Sequence record: SRR31156797_6247
Direction: 5' to 3' (one strand)
Length of the DNA: 33,557 bases
Part shown: positions 26,021 through 33,557 of the stretch, in pieces
Layout of the letters: the number at the start of each line of letters is the position of its first letter
How positions within the stretch are numbered: the stretch's first letter is position 1
Position numbers and translations under genes: made by a program
The notes under the pieces: model-generated
Told to the model about the DNA's origin: nothing
The model's database searches: none
Seen by the model: the letters and a program-made list of their open reading frames with translations, nothing else

Positions 26021-28318
26021 ATGGAGAACTTTTACTTACTAATTGTGGTGGTGCTATTTGCATTAGCCATAAGTGATCTTATTGTTGGCGTGAGTAACGA
26101 CGCCGTGAACTTCCTAAACTCTGCTTTTGGTTCCAAGGCTGCCCCTCGTTATGTGATAATGATTATCGCCAGTCTGGGAATTTTGGTTGGAGCAACCTTT
26201 TCAAGTGGTATGATGGAAGTAGCCCGAAAAGGGATTTTTCATCCCGACCAATTCTACTTTGCCGAGATTATGATTATTTTTGTTGCGGTAATGCTAACAG
26301 ATATTATACTGTTGGATTTTTACAATACCGTGGGTCTGCCAACATCAACTACAGTATCAATTGTATTTGAGTTGTTAGGTGCAGCAGTTGCGGTTGCCGT
26401 GGTTAAAATTATGAACTCTGCAGATCAATCCCTACTCGATTTGGGAAATTACATTAACTCTGCTAAGGCGTTAGCCATTATAACAGGTATTCTGTTGAGT
26501 GTCGTTATTGCTTTCCTTTCAGGATCGCTGGTGCAGTGGGTAACTCGTTTGATTTTTACTTACAAGTACGAAAAGTCGTTTAAGTACTTTGGTGCAATTT
26601 TCGGAGGATTCGCTATTACAGCAATTACCTATTTTATTTTAATTAAGGGTGCTAAGGGTTCTTCTTTTATTGATAAAGATACTCTTGCTTGGATCAAATC
26701 AAATACATTTACAATTATTGCAGTCTGTTTTATTGGATGGACAGTGATATTACAGTTATTAGTATGGTTTGTTCGATTGAATATTCTTAGAGTAATTGTA
26801 CTGGTTGGTACGTTTGCCCTGGCGATGGCTTTTGCAGGTAACGACTTGGTTAACTTTATTGGTGTACCATTGGCAGGTTTCAAATCATTCCAGGCATTTG
26901 CAGCTAATCCGGGAGCAGATCCTTATGGTATGACCATGGGAATTCTAAGCACAAAAGTCCAAACTGAAACTTACTTGTTAATAATTGCTGGTGTTGTGAT
27001 GACTGTTACTCTATGGTTGTCGAAAAAAGCCAGAACAGTTACCGAAACAGAAATTGGCTTAAGTAGCCAAAATGAAGGAGATGAAAAATTTGGATCATCA
27101 TTCTTTGCTCGTCTATTGGTTCGTCGTTCATTATCTGCAAATAGCAACTTTAAGCGTATGATGCCTGCGACTATCCAGCAAGGAATAGCGAATAGATTTA
27201 ATAAACCGGATGAAGTTGTTATCCCAGGAGTTGATCCAAAGGACAAGCCGGCATTTGATATGATTCGTGCCTCTGTTAACCTTACAGTAGCAAGTATTCT
27301 GATTTCTATAGGTACCTCGCTTAAATTACCATTATCAACGACTTATGTGACATTTATGGTTGCAATGGGAACCTCTTTATCGGATAGAGCCTGGGGTAGA
27401 GATTCTGCAGTTTATCGCATTACGGGAGTTTTAACGGTAATTGGTGGATGGTTCTTTACGGCATTTTCAGCATTTACAGCGGCATTTATTTTTGCTAACC
27501 TGATTAATTGGTTAGGTGGTTTTGCAATTTTAGGATTGTTAACTCTTGCTATAATCTTTGTGGTTCGTTCGCACGTTTTCCATAAGAGAAAATCTAAAGC
27601 TAAGGAAGAAGTAAGCGAGGAAGATGATACAATTATTATAAAAGGTGGAATTTTTGAGCAGTTGACTTTTGCAGTTTCTGGTATCACAGTTAAGATTCCA
27701 AATTTGTATGGAAAAATAATTAACGGACTTGCATTTGAAGAACGTGCAAAACTGAAAGAATGCAATAAAAAAGCCGGTAAGTTAGATAAGGAGGCAAAAT
27801 CGATTAAAGATCAGGTTCCTTTGATGATGAAAAAATTAAGTGATGATAGTATTGCCACTGGACCTTTCTACGTTCAATTGATTGATTACTTGCGTGAGAT
27901 TGCTCACTCAATGAGTTTTATCGCTGGACCAGCATTTGACTATGTAGATAATAATCACAAAACTTTAATAACAGAGCAGGTTAATGAACTGAATACAATC
28001 CAAACCAAACTGGATGATTTCTTCAGAACCATCAATCGCATATTAAAGGACAGTAGTTATGATGTTGCTGAAATAGAGAAAGCTTTTGCGAAGCAGAAAA
28101 GCTTGTTGACATCGATTCGTAAGTTCAGAAAAGAACAAATTCGTAGAATTAAAGCCGAGAAAGTAGGCACTAGAAATTCTGTTCTTTATTTAGGGATACT
28201 GAATGAAACTAAGAATTTAACCTTGCATGCAGGTAATCTTTTAAAAGCATCAAGAGACTTTTCTGGATTCAGTGGAGAAGATGATATTCTGGATGATGAA
28301 ATTTCTACAGAAGATTAA
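26021..28318 (+). CDS. PiT-family inorganic phosphate transporter with C-terminal PhoU-like helical domain
   Basis: Duplicated PiT signatures GVSNDAVN/AGNDLVN and LPTSTT/LPLSTT, many TM helices, and a ~230-aa soluble helical C-terminus. Confidence 0.88.
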   Translation: MENFYLLIVVVLFALAISDLIVGVSNDAVNFLNSAFGSKAAPRYVIMIIASLGILVGATFSSGMMEVARKGIFHPDQFYFAEIMIIFVAVMLTDIILLDFYNTVGLPTSTTVSIVFELLGAAVAVAVVKIMNSADQSLLDLGNYINSAKALAIITGILLSVVIAFLSGSLVQWVTRLIFTYKYEKSFKYFGAIFGGFAITAITYFILIKGAKGSSFIDKDTLAWIKSNTFTIIAVCFIGWTVILQLLVWFVRLNILRVIVLVGTFALAMAFAGNDLVNFIGVPLAGFKSFQAFAANPGADPYGMTMGILSTKVQTETYLLIIAGVVMTVTLWLSKKARTVTETEIGLSSQNEGDEKFGSSFFARLLVRRSLSANSNFKRMMPATIQQGIANRFNKPDEVVIPGVDPKDKPAFDMIRASVNLTVASILISIGTSLKLPLSTTYVTFMVAMGTSLSDRAWGRDSAVYRITGVLTVIGGWFFTAFSAFTAAFIFANLINWLGGFAILGLLTLAIIFVVRSHVFHKRKSKAKEEVSEEDDTIIIKGGIFEQLTFAVSGITVKIPNLYGKIINGLAFEERAKLKECNKKAGKLDKEAKSIKDQVPLMMKKLSDDSIATGPFYVQLIDYLREIAHSMSFIAGPAFDYVDNNHKTLITEQVNELNTIQTKLDDFFRTINRILKDSSYDVAEIEKAFAKQKSLLTSIRKFRKEQIRRIKAEKVGTRNSVLYLGILNETKNLTLHAGNLLKASRDFSGFSGEDDILDDEISTED

Positions 28319-28336
28319 TTTTAATACATATCTTAT

Positions 28337-28374
28337 AAAAGCAAAGCCGATACTAATATATCGGCTTTTGTTTT
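28337..28374. terminator. Bidirectional intrinsic terminator
   Basis: AAAAGCAAAGCCGATA-CTAATA-TATCGGCTTTTGTTTT between convergent genes. Confidence 0.88.
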
Positions 28375-28392
28375 ACTATCAAGTTTAGATTT

Positions 28393-28911
28393 TCAATCTA
28401 TTTTCCTACTCAATATTCCTTCGGGTAAAAATGCTTTATTGAATTCTTTCTGATTCGTTTCAACATACTTTTTAAAACTCTCAGGATTCTCGAATTTAAG
28501 CTCAAATTTATCTTTCGACAAATACATTAATTTGTATCTGTTACCTGATATTTCTTTTAATCGATATATCATATAGCTTGATTCTGCATCTGGACCCAAA
28601 AATATGAGATTAAAATAATTGTCTTTTTTTATCTGAGAGGAGAACATTCTTAAATTTAATACCGATTCAATATATTCCGAAGAGTCCGCCAATTCATATA
28701 ACTGCACAAGGTATTCGTGATGATTAAAAGCCATAACATTCAAAAAACCTGAAGTTTCATTTTCTTTTTTCTCATCAGAAAGTATCCATTCACCAAGAAG
28801 CGATTCTTCAACTGTGGATTTTTCTGGTGGTCCAAGGGGAGTAGCAGATTCGTAATGACTGCATGAAGCAAGAATGAAAATTGTAAATATTGGTAGCAAT
28901 AGTCTTTTCAT
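28393..28911 (-). CDS. Hypothetical lipoprotein
   Basis: Lipobox LASC and LLGEW motif reminiscent of lipocalin-like beta proteins. Starts 4 bp after the cobB stop. Confidence 0.78.
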   Translation of the reverse strand: MKRLLLPIFTIFILASCSHYESATPLGPPEKSTVEESLLGEWILSDEKKENETSGFLNVMAFNHHEYLVQLYELADSSEYIESVLNLRMFSSQIKKDNYFNLIFLGPDAESSYMIYRLKEISGNRYKLMYLSKDKFELKFENPESFKKYVETNQKEFNKAFLPEGILSRKID

Positions 28912-28915
28912 ATCC

Positions 28916-29605
28916 TTAAGATTTTAATTGCAAAATGTTGTATAGTTCTGTTATACCAACACTTGCGATTTCATTAATAAAGGTAATATTGCGATTCGAT
29001 TGAATTTTGGGTTGATTTGGATCTATAATATATATAGGAACTCCGCTGGGAACATAGTCAATCAATCCAGCAGCAGGATAAACATTCATCGAGGTTCCTA
29101 TTATAAGGAATAAATCAGCTTGTGCTACGATTTCAGCAGCTTCCGAAATGGCAGGAACACTTTCTCCAAACCAAACAATATGAGGGCGCAGTGGAGATCC
29201 CTTTTCACAAGTATCATTTAGGCTCAATTCCCATTTATCCAATTCATAAACCAAACTTGAGTCTACAGTACTTCTGGCTTTTTTCAATTCGCCGTGCAGA
29301 TGAAGAATTTTCGAACTACCAGCTCGTTCATGCAAATCATCAACATTTTGTGTCACAATATGAATATCGAAGTAATCTTCAAGTTCAGCCAGAAGCTGAT
29401 GTCCTTGGTTGGGTTTACTCTCAAATAATTTTTTTCGCCTTTCGTTGTAAAATTGGTGAACCAAATTCGGATTATTTCTCCAGGCATCTGGGCTGGCAAC
29501 CTCCATCACATCATATTGATTCCATAATCCACCCATATCCCGAAAGGTTTTAATTCCGCTCTCGGCACTCATTCCTGCACCACTTAACACAACGAGTTTC
29601 TTCAT
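28916..29605 (-). CDS. cobB: NAD-dependent protein deacylase (class III sirtuin)
   Basis: SGAGMSAESGIKTFR, TQNVDDLHERAG, LHG, LRPHIVWFGE and GTSMNVYPAA. FYNERR carries the Tyr/Arg pair typical of desuccinylases. Confidence 0.95.
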   Translation of the reverse strand: MKKLVVLSGAGMSAESGIKTFRDMGGLWNQYDVMEVASPDAWRNNPNLVHQFYNERRKKLFESKPNQGHQLLAELEDYFDIHIVTQNVDDLHERAGSSKILHLHGELKKARSTVDSSLVYELDKWELSLNDTCEKGSPLRPHIVWFGESVPAISEAAEIVAQADLFLIIGTSMNVYPAAGLIDYVPSGVPIYIIDPNQPKIQSNRNITFINEIASVGITELYNILQLKS

Positions 29606-29610
29606 TATAT

Positions 29611-30486
29611 CTAGTTTAAAAGTTTTTTAAAATCCTTGCTTAAAAAGCTATCGGTTTGCTTGTTTTTAATCATGTGATAATCAAAATAGTAAATTTTTGC
29701 ATCATCAGCACCAATAATGACTTTAAAACATCTCGCCTTTTTTGTAGTTCTTTCAGGTCCAACTTTGTGCAGAAAAACCACATCCCGATCTTTATTACTT
29801 ATGGCATTTTCTATTTCATCGGAACTTACAATCTTAACCCTTCCAGAATACAGTTTTTTGATTTTATATAAAGATTTTGCATCCTTAGGAAGATCTTTTT
29901 GCGTGATGTACAAGATTTTGTTTTTGATTTCACCCATGTTTTTATTGTAGTACTTCAATATGTTTTTCGAAATAATAGAAGGATGATCACCAATAAACAA
30001 AACATGATTTTGAATAAAATGAGTTAATGATTCCATTTTGTACAGGTAACTTTCTTCATCAACATCCAAATAAGAAAGGGGAATTGAGCACAAATCTGTC
30101 ATATCAGTAATGTCTGTGGCAGTTCCTCCCAATAGCAGACTCAAAAAATTATATTCTGCTTTGGTTTTGTCTTTATTAAAAGTAACAATGCTAGTCACCA
30201 AAAAAGAGTATTCTGGATTCAATTTTTTCTGTTCAAACTCTTCATCGTTAATAAATTCATATTCCGTTAAATTCCAGTTCTTTTGGATAGCATTTTTTAT
30301 TTTGGAATTGTATTCCGAAAAAGGAGAATCTTCTAATACAATAAGAGTTTTAGTTTTGTAAAACTTCTTATAATCATTGGCTGTTGGTAAAGATTCTTGT
30401 GAATATCCATGATACCCAATTAAAAAGAAAAGTATGCCTATAATTGCTCTTTTTAGGAAATAAGATTTTGTGCCAATTGACTTCAT
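29611..30486 (-). CDS. Hypothetical secreted protein
   Basis: 291 aa with an N-terminal signal-like segment and two alpha/beta-looking halves. First gene of a tightly packed three-gene operon with cobB. Confidence 0.75.
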   Translation of the reverse strand: MKSIGTKSYFLKRAIIGILFFLIGYHGYSQESLPTANDYKKFYKTKTLIVLEDSPFSEYNSKIKNAIQKNWNLTEYEFINDEEFEQKKLNPEYSFLVTSIVTFNKDKTKAEYNFLSLLLGGTATDITDMTDLCSIPLSYLDVDEESYLYKMESLTHFIQNHVLFIGDHPSIISKNILKYYNKNMGEIKNKILYITQKDLPKDAKSLYKIKKLYSGRVKIVSSDEIENAISNKDRDVVFLHKVGPERTTKKARCFKVIIGADDAKIYYFDYHMIKNKQTDSFLSKDFKKLLN

Positions 30487-30673
30487 ATGTTTTCTATGTG
30501 TGTATGCTTAATTAAATTTACTCAATAATTTTTCATTATTCTAACGTTCCAGTTAGTCATTCCATTGTTTGGAGCTAATGATTTCTTGAAATTTGTGATG
30601 GTATAAAAAATCAAAATTTTAAATTCTACTATTCTTTCGATCTTTTTCAATCTTGTTTTCTATTTTTGTTGAT

Positions 30674-32602
30674 ATGATTGATCAGTCAACAGTAACACGA
30701 ATATTCGATGCATCGGAGATATCCGATGTCGTATCTGATTTCGTCACTCTTAAAAAACGTGGTGTTAACTTCTTGGGATTGTGTCCTTTCCATAATGAAA
30801 AAACACCATCTTTTACAGTTTCTCCAGCTAAAGGCATATACAAATGTTTTGGTTGTGGAAAAGGTGGGAATTCCGTGAATTTTATCATGGAACACGAACA
30901 TCTCGATTATGTAGGTGCTTTAAAATATCTTGCTAAAAAATATCATATCGATGTAGTTGAGCAAGAATTGTCACCTGAGCAGGAAAAACAAAAGAATGAT
31001 CGTGAAAGTATGATGATTGTAAATTCCTTTGCTCAAAAATCATTTTCTCAGAACCTGCATCAGCATTCTCAGGGAATGGCTGTTGGAATGAGTTATTTGA
31101 GAGAACGTGGTTTTCGTGATGATATTATTAAAAAATTTGAGCTTGGATTTTGTTTGGAAGATTGGGAAGCATTTTCAAAACAAGCTATTAATAGTGGATA
31201 TAAAAAGGAATATCTGGTAAAAACCGGACTAAGTATAGATAAGGAAAACCGTTTACTCGATCGTTTTAGGGGGCGTGTTATTTTTCCTATTCATGGAATT
31301 GCAGGGAGAGTTTTGGCTTTTGGTGGCAGAATCCTAAAAAACGATAAGAAAGCAGCCAAGTATTTAAATTCACCCGAATCTGAAGTTTATCATAAAAGTA
31401 GGGTTCTTTACGGTATTTATCAGGCTAAAAAAGCTATTGTTCAAAACGACAAATGCTTTTTGGTTGAAGGATATACCGATGTGTTATCCTTTCATCAGGC
31501 AGGAATCGAGAATGTAGTCGCCTCTTCCGGTACAGCTTTAACGCCAGATCAAATTCGATTGATAAAGCGTTTCTCGAATAATGTTACTATTATATACGAT
31601 GGAGATACAGCAGGGATAAAAGCCTCTCTTCGTGGAATCGATCTGATTTTGGAACAAGAGGTGAACGCAAAAGTTTTGCTATTGCCAGAAGGTGAAGATC
31701 CTGATTCCTTTTCCAGAACAATGGGAGCTTCTGATTTGGTTGATTATATTGATAGAAATGAAAGCGATTTTATCCTTTTTAAAGCCAAATTGCTTTTGGA
31801 TGATGCAAAAGGTGATCCTGTAAAAAGAGCAAATTTAATTGTCGATATTTTAAGGTCTATAGAAAAGATGTCTCCTCCAACAAGACCTCCATACATTAAG
31901 GAGTGTAGTAGGATTCTAAATGTGGACGAAAGAACTTTGTATTCCGAATTAAATAAAACAGAAAAGAAAAGAAGAGAAAGTGGAACTGTAGCAGAAATTA
32001 AAGAGCTCGGTAGTTTTGAAAAATCCCGAATTAAAGATCTAGCTAATGCTTGCGATACAGAAGAAAGAGCGCTTGTGAGTTTGCTTTTAAATTTTGATTC
32101 AGAGATCCTGTTCAAAGATAATGATGAAAATGGACAAGAGTTAGTTACTAAGGTTGGTTCGTTTATCATCTCAGAATTACAAAAAGATGAGTTGGAATCG
32201 GTTGATCCATTGTATAAATTGGTTTTCGATCTTTACGGGTCTAATATGGATAATGAGAGTTTTAATGCTAAAACTTTCTTTCGCGATCATAGCAACGAAA
32301 AAGTCAGTCAGTTAGCCGCCGATATCTTAAGTGAACCCTATGAGGAAAGTAAAATATGGACCAAAAATGGGAGTTACGTCGAATCTATTCTTGAGAAATT
32401 AAAGGATTTGGTTCCTAAAATGGTTAATGAATACAAAGGAAAAAAAGTGAGAATCTTAATGAAAGAAGTTCTTCAGGAAATGCAAAGAGCTCAGGAAACT
32501 GGCGATTCCGCAAAAATGATGGAACTAATGCAACAGAAAATGGTTCTCGATCAAATTAAAAATGCAATTTCCAAAGAATTGGGAAACCGTACCATTCTTT
32601 AA
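30674..32602 (+). CDS. dnaG: DNA primase
   Basis: Zinc finger CPFHNEKTPSF...CFGC, KYLNSPE, TOPRIM VEGYTDV, YDGDTAG and DPD. Start taken at ATG 30674. Confidence 0.97.
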   Translation: MIDQSTVTRIFDASEISDVVSDFVTLKKRGVNFLGLCPFHNEKTPSFTVSPAKGIYKCFGCGKGGNSVNFIMEHEHLDYVGALKYLAKKYHIDVVEQELSPEQEKQKNDRESMMIVNSFAQKSFSQNLHQHSQGMAVGMSYLRERGFRDDIIKKFELGFCLEDWEAFSKQAINSGYKKEYLVKTGLSIDKENRLLDRFRGRVIFPIHGIAGRVLAFGGRILKNDKKAAKYLNSPESEVYHKSRVLYGIYQAKKAIVQNDKCFLVEGYTDVLSFHQAGIENVVASSGTALTPDQIRLIKRFSNNVTIIYDGDTAGIKASLRGIDLILEQEVNAKVLLLPEGEDPDSFSRTMGASDLVDYIDRNESDFILFKAKLLLDDAKGDPVKRANLIVDILRSIEKMSPPTRPPYIKECSRILNVDERTLYSELNKTEKKRRESGTVAEIKELGSFEKSRIKDLANACDTEERALVSLLLNFDSEILFKDNDENGQELVTKVGSFIISELQKDELESVDPLYKLVFDLYGSNMDNESFNAKTFFRDHSNEKVSQLAADILSEPYEESKIWTKNGSYVESILEKLKDLVPKMVNEYKGKKVRILMKEVLQEMQRAQETGDSAKMMELMQQKMVLDQIKNAISKELGNRTIL

Positions 32603-32633
32603 ATCTCAATTCTTGTATCAAAATATCTAAAAA

Positions 32634-33158
32634 ATGAAAACCGTATTTATAGAAGACAAAGAGCAAATAGAAGAAATAATTCGTTCCTGCGATATTTGCA
32701 ATCTTGGAGTTATTGATACCGAAAACAAACCTTATGTAGTGCCTATGAATTTTGGATATCACGATGAATATATCTATTTACATGGTGCTGATTTTGGTAA
32801 ATTAATTGATTGTATGAAAGCCAATCCTGAGGTTTGCATTACTTTTTGCACTCCGCCCGAATTGGCTTTTCAGGATGCTCATATTGCATGCAGCTATCGC
32901 ATGAAAGGAAAGAGCGTTGTTGCCAGGGGTAAAATAGAATTCATCACCGATTACGATCAAAAGGTTGATGCGTTAAACATCCTTATGGGACAATACACCG
33001 ATAAAAAATTTACCTACAATTCTCCTGCAGTTAAGAATGTTGAGGTGTACAGGTTAAAGCCTGAGGAATTAACAGCAAAGGAATTTGGAGCTCCTCATGG
33101 CAATAATTTTCCTTGGCAAATAGAACGGGATAAAAAGAAATCACAGAAAGATTTATAA
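32634..33158 (+). CDS. Pyridoxamine 5'-phosphate oxidase-like flavin-binding protein (NimA/NimC-like)
   Basis: PYVVPMNFGY, IYLHG...GK, NPEVC and SVVARG motifs. Confidence 0.85.
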   Translation: MKTVFIEDKEQIEEIIRSCDICNLGVIDTENKPYVVPMNFGYHDEYIYLHGADFGKLIDCMKANPEVCITFCTPPELAFQDAHIACSYRMKGKSVVARGKIEFITDYDQKVDALNILMGQYTDKKFTYNSPAVKNVEVYRLKPEELTAKEFGAPHGNNFPWQIERDKKKSQKDL

Positions 33159-33166
33159 ATTCATCT

Positions 33167-33195
33167 AAGCCTTCTCAGTTTGAGAGGGCTTTTTT
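33167..33195 (+). terminator. Intrinsic terminator of the dnaG operon
   Basis: AAGCCTTCTCA-GTT-TGAGAGGGCTT-TTTT. Confidence 0.88.
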
Positions 33196-33198
33196 ACT

Positions 33199-33297
33199 TG
33201 GGCGTTTCCCTAGCGGGTCAGGCTTTTCGCTTCTACTCCAAACAATTCCTCATAACTTCGGATCTTGTTTGGGGTAACCGCTTCAATCCTTAACGCA
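33199..33297 (+). ncRNA. Flavo-1-like structured RNA / repeat element
   Basis: GGGCGTTTCCC..GGGTCAGGCTTT.CGC ... CCGCTTCAATCCTTAACGC resembles the Bacteroidota Flavo-1 motif as recalled, not searched. Visible pairings: GCGTT/AACGC, CCC/GGG, AGG.TT/AA.CCT and TACTCCAAACAA/TTGTTTGGGGTA. Confidence 0.72.
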
Positions 33298-33376
33298 AAT
33301 TAACAATCAGCGGTTATTTTAATTTTCCTTAACAGTTTTTCAGAATGCTTAACTCATATATACGCTACTTTTGAAA

Positions 33377-33466
33377 TGACATAAGAACATAGTTTCATTT
33401 CATTAGGTTAGAAAATGATAAATAAGTCCGGAATTGCAGGTAATAGCGACCGGATTTATTTTTTTT
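33377..33466 (+). ncRNA. Candidate ~90-nt small RNA or attenuating leader
   Basis: -7 element TACTTTTG at 33366-33373 and terminator AAATAAGTCCGG...CCGGATTTATTTTTTTT at 33420-33466, with no real ORF between them. Confidence 0.5.
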
Positions 33467-33557
33467 GAAAATTTTCAATCAGGTTACCAGGGTGTTAGAT
33501 TTAGTTTAAGAAAAACTTTACTTTTTGATTTGGAATAGTGGAATAGTATAGCTTATC

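Noticed and set aside
28916-29605. SIR2-type anti-phage defence gene
   Set aside because: Short canonical class III deacylase with no defence-associated partner domains or neighbours.
2532-32762. Numerous 60-143 aa ORFs in the track overlapping larger genes (e.g. 2532-2798, 4499-4732, 11015-13918 set, 26629-27765 set, 29122-29553, 31744-32169)
   Set aside because: Antisense or off-frame shadows of well-supported CDS, with no recognisable motifs.
1-33557. CRISPR array, IS/integrase, prophage, tRNA/rRNA, known riboswitch
   Set aside because: No repeat-spacer array, transposase or phage motifs, cloverleaf or recognisable aptamer seen by eye; weak cases could have been missed without tools.

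Overview
AT-rich chromosomal window from a Bacteroidota bacterium. The evidence is TAnnTTTG -7 promoters, a SusC-type N-terminal domain, the asnS-rpoN-PAP2 gene order and an acidic lipoprotein export signal; a marine Marinifilaceae/Marinilabiliales-like host is a guess. No mobile elements, CRISPR arrays, tRNA or rRNA genes were seen. The window holds about 28 CDS: TonB-dependent receptor plus surface lipoprotein, PhoR/PhoB-like two-component system, ComF, a stand-alone CarboxypepD_reg-like protein, a secreted MORN-repeat protein, a TonB-like protein, a GH16-fold protein, a TetR-TolC-MFP-RND operon, an acyl-CoA synthetase, asnS, rpoN, a PAP2-like protein, two SPOR lipoproteins, mgsA, a PiT transporter with a PhoU-like tail, cobB, dnaG and a flavin-binding protein. 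The strongest unannotated signal is a set of 11-bp-period (T/G)TAAC-like direct repeats (Pho-box-like). They sit at the same distance from the -7 element in front of phoRB, the free-NTE/MORN operon, the PiT transporter and possibly a ~90-nt sRNA, and also occur upstream of the TBDT. Together they outline a probable phosphate-starvation regulon that includes uncharacterised envelope proteins. Other highlights are a cytoplasmic, apparently catalytically dead GH16 with a three-repeat helical N-terminus, a Flavo-1-like RNA, probable leaderless tetR and dnaG transcripts, and a DnaA-box cluster. All calls were made by eye, with no database searches.
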